Made by a program: the position numbers and the translations under genes
NCBI GenBank assembly: GCA_964199315.1
Contig: OZ116709.1
Coordinates: 18,476,001-18,540,000 of the forward strand
Length of the DNA stretch: 64,000 nucleotides
Origin: Orbicella franksi
Lineage: Eukaryota
Direction: 5' to 3'
The notes under the pieces: model-generated
Databases searched by the model: none
What the model was told of the DNA's origin: nothing
What the model saw: only the letters and a program-made list of their open reading frames with translations
Shown: positions 57,001 to 64,000 of the stretch, in pieces
Layout: each line of letters begins with the position of its first letter
Position numbering within the stretch: the first letter of the stretch is position 1

Positions 57001-60000
57001 CTCAGCTGAGAGACTTTAGAAGACATGATGGTTACTATTTCCCCGCCACTCTCCAATGCCTCAGTAGCGGATGTCTTTCGCACCTTTTCTTCGGTAACCA
57101 TCACATTTTGGTATCCTTGTCGATCTTTTACTTCTTCTAACTCTTTCGTTAGTTTATTTTCTTTCTCCTTGGCGATGTTTAGCGCTTCTTGCAGTCGGTT
57201 GTTCGCCCGCCTGAGGCTCTCCAATCGCTCCTCGTCCTCGCATCTCTCTTTCAACGTCTTGCGGAACTCTTCTCGAGCCGTCGCCAAGCTTGCTTCTTTT
57301 TCCTTGAATTCCTGCTCCTGTTCAAACTTCGCTCGTTTGTAATCGACTATTGTTTCTTCAAGCAATCCGATTTTCTTATCTTTCTCAGCTAGTTCGTTTT
57401 GCAATTCGATAATTTGATCGTTCTCTGCCGTTTCTGTCTTGATGTCGCTGTCGATGTTCTCTTTTAGTTCATTCCCGGCTCGTTTCTGCTCGGCAATTTC
57501 TTCTTCAAGTGTTGAAATCTTTAAATCCTTCTCGCTTAGTTCCTCTTGTAATTTCTCGAGCGTATCTTGCATTTTTCGTTCTCGCTCCTGTCTGGATCGT
57601 TTGTAACTGCCGATTATTTTTTCCAGGGCTGAAATCGCTTTGTTCTTCTCGTCCAGTTCATTCTGTAATTGATCAAACTTTTCCTGAAGGTCTTTCTGTG
57701 ATGGGTCCGCCATTGCCTCGTTTTCTTCTTGTTCTTTCTCAGATTTCAATCTTTTGTACTCAGCAATTTCTTCTTCGAGAGATGCTATCGTTTTAGCTTT
57801 CTCGTTCAATTCCTGCTGTACTTTATCGATTTCGTCATAAAGCTCCTTCTCTGTTGCTGCAGATTGCATCTCGGACTCCTCTTTCGCCGATGTCACCTCT
57901 TCCACTGCTAAACGTAATGTGGAGTTTTCGTTCTTTCTCTCGGCCATTTCACTCATTATCTCCTGATTTTCAAGGCTCAACTGGTCCAGTTTGTATTCAA
58001 GTTCCTTCATTCTTTCCTTGCTTTTCGCTAGCTTCTCTTCGACGAGTTCTTCGACTTCCATGTCGAGTTCTTTTGATAGGCGTTTTACTTCTTGAGCACT
58101 CTTCTCCAGGGCATCCTCCAACTTTTTCCCTTCTTCCAAGGCTGCACTGTACTCTCTTTCCTTGGTTTTTATTTCCTCGCGAAGAACATTTTTATCTTTT
58201 AGGAGAACCTCTAGCTTTCTCGATAGCTCTACTTTACCATCAACCAGAGATCCAATCTCTTCTTTGTAATGTTTCGTATTCTCATCCAGTTTGTCCTCCA
58301 AACTTTCTTTTTCCTCAATCAGGTCATCTACGTTTTGCTGTAGCTTCTTCGCCTTAGACCTCAACTCTTCAATAATTTCGTTCAGTTCGTCTTTTTCATC
58401 GTTAAGTTCCTCCAGTTCCTCGTTTAACTCTGAATTAATCTGACGTTGCTTCACTAATTGGTCCTCGAGAGAACCTCCTTCATCTGAGGCCGACTCTAAG
58501 CTGAATTCCATGTCTGCTGCCGATGAAAGTGTTCCTTCCTCAGCACACAGGATTATTTCTTCACTTTCCTTCACATTTCCTGCATCTTTCTGATCATGAG
58601 CGAAAGTTTGCGACGACAATTTTAACAAGTCTTTCTCTCCTTGCAATTTCGCCAATTCCTCTTCAATATTCGCTCTTTCCTCTTTTTCACGTGCAAACTC
58701 GTGTTTCAAATTCTCCGTGTCTTGAGCCAATGTCTGCGAAGAAATCTTCAGAGCGTCGTGATCCTTTGTTAGTTTGGACAGTTCCTCTTCGACATTCTTT
58801 CTTTGTACTCTTTCAAGTTCAAGCTCCTGCTCCAGTTCGTTCTTCTCTTCAGCAGCGTCATCCAATTTTTCCTTGAGAATTTCACATTCACTTGTTAGCC
58901 TCTCCAACTCGCATTCGATGCGTTCTGTTTCTGTCTTCATTTCAATCAACAAACTTTGTTCTTTACTCTGAGCTTCGGCAAACGCTAAATTCAGGGCGGC
59001 CATTTCTTCCTCGATGGCTTCTAACTTCGCCTTCAGCTTTTTGTTTTGTTCCTTTGTTTTTGCTGCTGTTGTTTCTGCTCTTCCAAATTTTTTCTCTGCG
59101 CTATCCAGGGCCTTCTTCAACTCTTCGTTTTCCGTTTTCAACTGATCAAATTTGTCTTTGCTTTCTTGCATAAGACCTTTTGAATCATTCAATTCCTGTT
59201 GAATTTTCTCCAGGCTTGAAGTCTTCTTTGCCAGTTCCTCTTTGAGCGATGTTAACTCAGATTTCAACTTAGCGCACTCGTTTTCCATGGACTGTTTGCT
59301 TTTGTTTAAATCAGCCAGCCGTTTCTCCTTGTTCTTATCTTGTTCTTCCAGGTCCTCTAAGTTTCTCTGTAGGGACTCCTTGTCATTGCCAGTAGTCGAA
59401 ATTTGCTTTTTAAGATCTTCGTTTTCTTCTTGATGTTTGGTTATGTCTGTCTTCAATTCTTGTAACTTCACGTCCAGCGCTTTCTTAGCGTCCGTTTGTT
59501 CATTTAATTTCTTTTGCAGGTTGTTTCTTTCCTCGATCACTTCTTTGCGCGACTTCTCAGCTTGACTACACTGCTTTTCGAGTTCAGTAATCTTGTTTTT
59601 TAACTCGTCGACAACTCTGAGTAACTCTGAAAGGGAGACGTTCGACTTCTTCAAGTCTTGATTGAGGGAATGAATTTGCTTGTCTTTCTGGTCCAGCTCT
59701 TTCTTCCACTTCAGTACGTTTTCTTTGGCTAGCATTTCCACTGAAGACAGATTAGCAGTCTTAGCTTCAAGATTTTCTTCTAGCTCAATTTTTTCTTCTT
59801 GTAGCTTCACATTTTCTTCGTCTACTTCCTTCAAGCGTTTTTCAAGATCTTGACATTTATTCTCGGCCATTGTAAACGACTTCTTCTCCTCTTCAAGCCT
59901 AGAAGCACAAGCTGTCAGATCCTGTTGATTATTTCGGTGTTGTTTCTTTAGCTTCTCCAACTCTTGCCTCAAACTTTCAACTTTATTCCTCTCGCTTTCC

Positions 60001-63000
60001 AACTCCGTGAGCAGTTTTTCCGAGCCATTTTTCGCCATTTCCAATGCTACTGCCACTTCTGCTTTTGTTAGGCTCAAAGACTCGGCTTCCCTCTCTTTAT
60101 GCTCCAACATTTTTGCCTTCTCGCTCGCTTCGGCAGTAACAGTAGCGATTTGCTTTTCTTTACTCGCTAACGCAGCTCCTAACTTCTCCTTCTGCAAGCT
60201 AAGCTTTTCGATCAGAGTACGAACATCACTAATTTCGCGCGATAGTCGCGTTTCATCTCGAGAACGCGCGGGTGTTGATTCAGATGGTGCGTGTTCCATG
60301 TGTTCTTTGTCTAGCGCCTCTTGCAACTGTAGCGTCAACTCAGCTCGCTCTTGAATGAGCTCCTTGTTGTTGTCTTGGATTTCGCGATTTGTATTTTCAG
60401 CCTTCTCGAGTCTTTCCGTCGATGTTTTCAGCTCATTCCTCAACTCCTGCAAATCTTTCTCTGCGCGTGCCAACTTCAATGCTTCTTCTTCGAGTTTTGT
60501 TGCCAAAGACGCCTTTTCTTTCGAGAGAGCTTCGATATGTTTACAAACATATTCCACAATATTTGTCTCTTCACGTGTCATCTCTTTAGATTGTTTCGAT
60601 GGATTCCTTTCGAATGATCGATCAACAAAAGCGAGCAAATCTGTAGCTTGGGTTTTCAAATCCTTAAGCTCATCTTTCATCACAATACTCTCTTTTTCTA
60701 CGTCTTCCAACTTGCGTTCAACAGATTCCTTATCGCCTTGTAACTTTTCTAGGCGATCTTGGAATTGTAAATTCTCCTGTGACTTTTTGTCCAACTCTTC
60801 TGTAAGAAGCTTCTCGCTTTCTTTGAAGTTTGCAACTTGAGTCTTTAAATCGTCTTTTTCTTCTTCTGTTAGCTCCAAGTCGTCCTCGGTGGCATCAAGC
60901 TTGTCTTGTGCGGCCTTAAGTGAGCTTTTTAAGTTTTTAATTTCGTTGTTTAGCTCCTTAGTAACGCTTTCCAACTCTCGCTCTTTCTCTATGAGAATTT
61001 CATCTTCTTCACTCTTCTCTGTTCTGGCTCTTGCTAATGTTTCCTCAAGTGTCCTGTAGTCGTCTAGAAGTTGTTCCTGTCTCCTATCGAGGGCTTCACT
61101 CTCACTCTTCATCTCATCAACCAGTGCATGAATATCTTCGTTTTCTTTCACCATATTCTCATATTTTTCCTCTAATTCAGTCAAGTCTTGCGATTTCTGT
61201 CGAAGTTGTTCTTCAAGCGATTTCACCTGCTCTGAAAGCTGGGTCAGCTGTTTGCCCTCCTTATCACTATCCGTTTCAACGTTTTCAAGCTTCTTGCTTT
61301 GTGCGTCCAGATTCTGCTGGAGAGTCTTGTAATCCTCAGTGAGCTTCTCTGATGATTTACTAAGCGCCTCTCTCTCTTTCTTTAAGTCGGATATGTCCTT
61401 AGAAAGTGTGTCATTCTTTTGTTTGAAGGCTTTCAAAGACTTCTCCAGTGCCTCGGCTCTTTCCCAAGACTCACTGGCTTGGCTTTCGAGTGTTTTCTTG
61501 CGCATGTTGGCCAGTTGAAGGGCTTCTGTCGCATCTTTGTTTGCTTTCTCTTGTTTCTTCAAGTCTTCTCGAAGCTGTGCGTTTTCTTTGTTTTTCTCTT
61601 CTAATGCCGCTGAGATGTCTTCTGTGGGTTTGTCCTCATCTCCCTTTTGCTTTGAGACTTCCTCAAGACGTTGTTTTAGTTTTTCTTCTTCCTCCTTAGC
61701 TCTTTCGAGATCTCTCAGCAACTCTTCGTTTTCCGTTACAATAGATTCTTGTTCTTTCTCCATGATTTCTTTCTCAGCTGACATGGAATCAAACCAACTT
61801 TTCAGTTGTTCGATCTCTTCAGTGCTTCGTTTCAGCTGTACCTCAAGCGCCTTTTTCTCCACAGACAGTTCAGTGTAGCGTATATCAAGCTGCTGTTGGT
61901 CATCAGGTGACACACTTTGAAGCAAAGAACTTGCCCCACTTGAGACTAGCAACTCCGTATCATCGATCGGTTCTTCTAGAGCTAAGGACACAACTGTTTC
62001 ATAGGCAGGCGGGCTGCTGCCGTACTCCGAAGCCGTTGTAACTTGTATTTCGTCTCCGGATTCCGACGATTCCTGAAGACCATCGCTTGAGTCGAGAGGA
62101 CTTCCCTCCATAACGCTCGCCTCAAGCCGTTCTTCTTGCGAAGAGAGCTTACTTGTTTTCAACATTTCTAGCTGTTTCTTTAGTCCGTCGTTCTCCAAAT
62201 GCAGGCGATTGATAACCTCTTTTTCTTCGTCTCTGGCACTCACGTCGCTCGCTTCTTCCACGCTCTGGTCAGCTTCAATTTGAGCGCCAGTAACTTTTTC
62301 TTTCAACTTAGCCTCGGACGTCTTCAGCGTTTGAAGCTCGTTCGTGATGTCAAGCAGCGCTTCTTTAAGGGCGTCTCGCTCCTCAGCCATTCTATAAAGC
62401 GACTTCTTCAAGCTTTGAACCTCTGCAGAAGCCTCCGTCATGGACTTGCTGTTTTCGTGCTGCTTACACAACGCATCTTCCAGTTGGCACTGCAGACTCT
62501 CCTTGCTTTGATAAACGTTTTCTAAAGCATCAGCTAAGTTGGTCTTCTGCTGTCTGATCTCATCCATTTGTTCTGACATCGCCTCTTTCTCCTCGGTGAG
62601 TTTCGTAATAAAACTCTTTACTTGCCGTCGCTTTTCGTCAAGTTCTCGCACGTATTTTTGAAGGGACATTTTTTCCGTTTGAGACGTTTCAAATTTCGTC
62701 TTCAGCTTTTCTTGTTCCACTTTTACCCTCCTGAGTTCTTTCTTGAGAAGCGTGACTTCTTTGTGGACTTTTTCAGTCAGTGAGATTATGCTGTTGCCTT
62801 GTTCTTCCAAGGATATCGATTCTTGAAGTTCAGCATCGTGTTCTTCAGAAGTACTATCTTTATCTTTGTCTGTCAGAGCCTCGTAAAGCTCTGACAGTTT
62901 CGCGTGTATCGATGTCATCTGTTGTTTGGCTTTGTCAGTGCTTTCAACGCCAGCTGTAACCGACTCGAATTCGGTCTTTAAACGCTGATATTTCCCCTTC

Positions 63001-63978
63001 AAATCGTTCAGTTCGTTTTCCGTCATCTCAATCTTCTTTTCTAAGGTTGTCTTTTCTTCGGTGACTTCGTCCAAAGACTCGGCAAATTCTTGTTTTTCTT
63101 CGTGTGCTTCGCGAAGGCATTCTTGAAGCGTGTCCGAAACTTCTTGGTTCTTTTTCAACTGATTCTTCGATGATACGCATTCGTTCCTTAATTGCTGTAC
63201 TAGCTCTCGCAGTTCCTTTTCGCTTTTGCTACTCTCGTCCAGTTGTCCTTGAATTTTCTCTTTCTCCTTTTCAAGTTGAAGTACACGCTCTTCTAAGCTT
63301 TGTACATGTTCATTAAGTCGAAGCTTGTTTGTTCGTGACTCGTCTTCAGTCTCTTCTGTGGTAGAACCATTTTCGTGTACGTAATCGTCACTGTCTTGAG
63401 GACAAACGTGATCGAAATTCTCGCTTTTCAAAACGTTCCCATTTACATCTCTATCCCGGTCACTTGTGGTAAAATCTTGTTGTTTGTTGAGTAGAAGGTT
63501 TGTTGACGATTCTTGCAGCCCGTTAGCGCCATTGTATTCTTTAATTACACTATTGAGTTTATCGATTTGCACCTCCAGGGACTCGTTCCTTTCGAGTTGA
63601 TGATACAACGAGTCCAGCAAACAAACCTTTTCCTCTTCTAAGTTAGAGTTGTCGGACTTGAGCCTTTTAATGACATTTTCCAACTCAGTTCCGCGCTTGG
63701 TAAGGCGAAGGATGTCTTGTTTAAGAAACTCGCATCGCTCGACCGAAGTCTTTCGACTTGGTAGCATGCTACCGGTGCTGTTGTACTCCGGTGGCGTCTT
63801 CTCGCCCCGCTTCGTCCGCAGAATTACCACCTCTCGCTTTAGCTTGATACAGCTATCTTCGATGTCTCTTTTGTCCACTTGAAGTTGTCGTATTTGGGCT
63901 CTTTGTGAGTCTATTAATTCTTTGCATGTCTTGATTTCGCTCAAAAGGCTCGAGTTATGAAATTTTTGCGAGGTGTCC
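54087..63978 (-). CDS. Terminal giant exon of an uncharacterised very long coiled-coil protein (>3285 aa; golgin/centrosomal-type scaffold); the 5' end lies outside the window
   Basis: Uninterrupted ORF 63944-54087, rich in E/K/L heptads with no catalytic motif. A probable acceptor (gtgtctccccAG) precedes 63978, but the frame also stays open to the window edge. Ends in a low-complexity R/S/P tail with a Cys/His motif. Confidence 0.88.
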
Positions 63979-64000
63979 CTGGGGAGACACGTTTTTTGTA

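Noticed and set aside
54922-63882. Numerous plus-strand Ser/Phe/Leu-rich ORFs of 60-167 aa
   Set aside because: Antisense artefacts of the E/K/L codon bias of the giant coiled-coil exon.
1-64000. CRISPR arrays, rRNA, tRNA genes, autonomous transposons, viral or prokaryotic operons
   Set aside because: None seen: no regularly spaced repeat-spacer array, no cloverleaf, and no RT or transposase ORF. All long ORFs belong to spliced host genes.

Overview
Eukaryotic (animal) genomic DNA. It is intron-rich, AT-rich and full of short TIR and palindromic repeats; the repeat style and gene set suggest an anthozoan, probably a stony coral (inference). Five spliced genes could be built by hand with consistent reading frames. 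(1) The 3' part of POLDIP2 (+, <204-4240; 8 exons, including a GC-AG intron and a 27-nt microexon). (2) A complete ~2170-aa RIM-binding protein (RIMBP/TSPOAP1 family; +, 8721-38300; 27 exons; coiled coil, SH3, 3xFN3, 2xSH3). (3) A GH65 PGGHG/ATHL1 glucosidase with a signal peptide (-, 43373-39376; 3 exons). (4) A three-SH3 adaptor matching Drosophila Dlish/Vamana, including an N-terminal MAFFCP motif in a 43-nt first exon that the ORF track misses (+, 46040-49170). (5) The ~9.9-kb terminal exon of an uncharacterised >3285-aa coiled-coil protein ending in a CPLH-x11-CPIC motif (-, >63944-54087). The best leads are the Dlish/Vamana ortholog (Fat-Dachs-Hippo adaptor) and a probable coiled-coil-only RIM-BP isoform whose extent coincides with a sharply bounded CpG-depleted domain. 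Homology calls come from my recollection of the family sequences, not from database searches. No rRNA, tRNA or CRISPR array was found.
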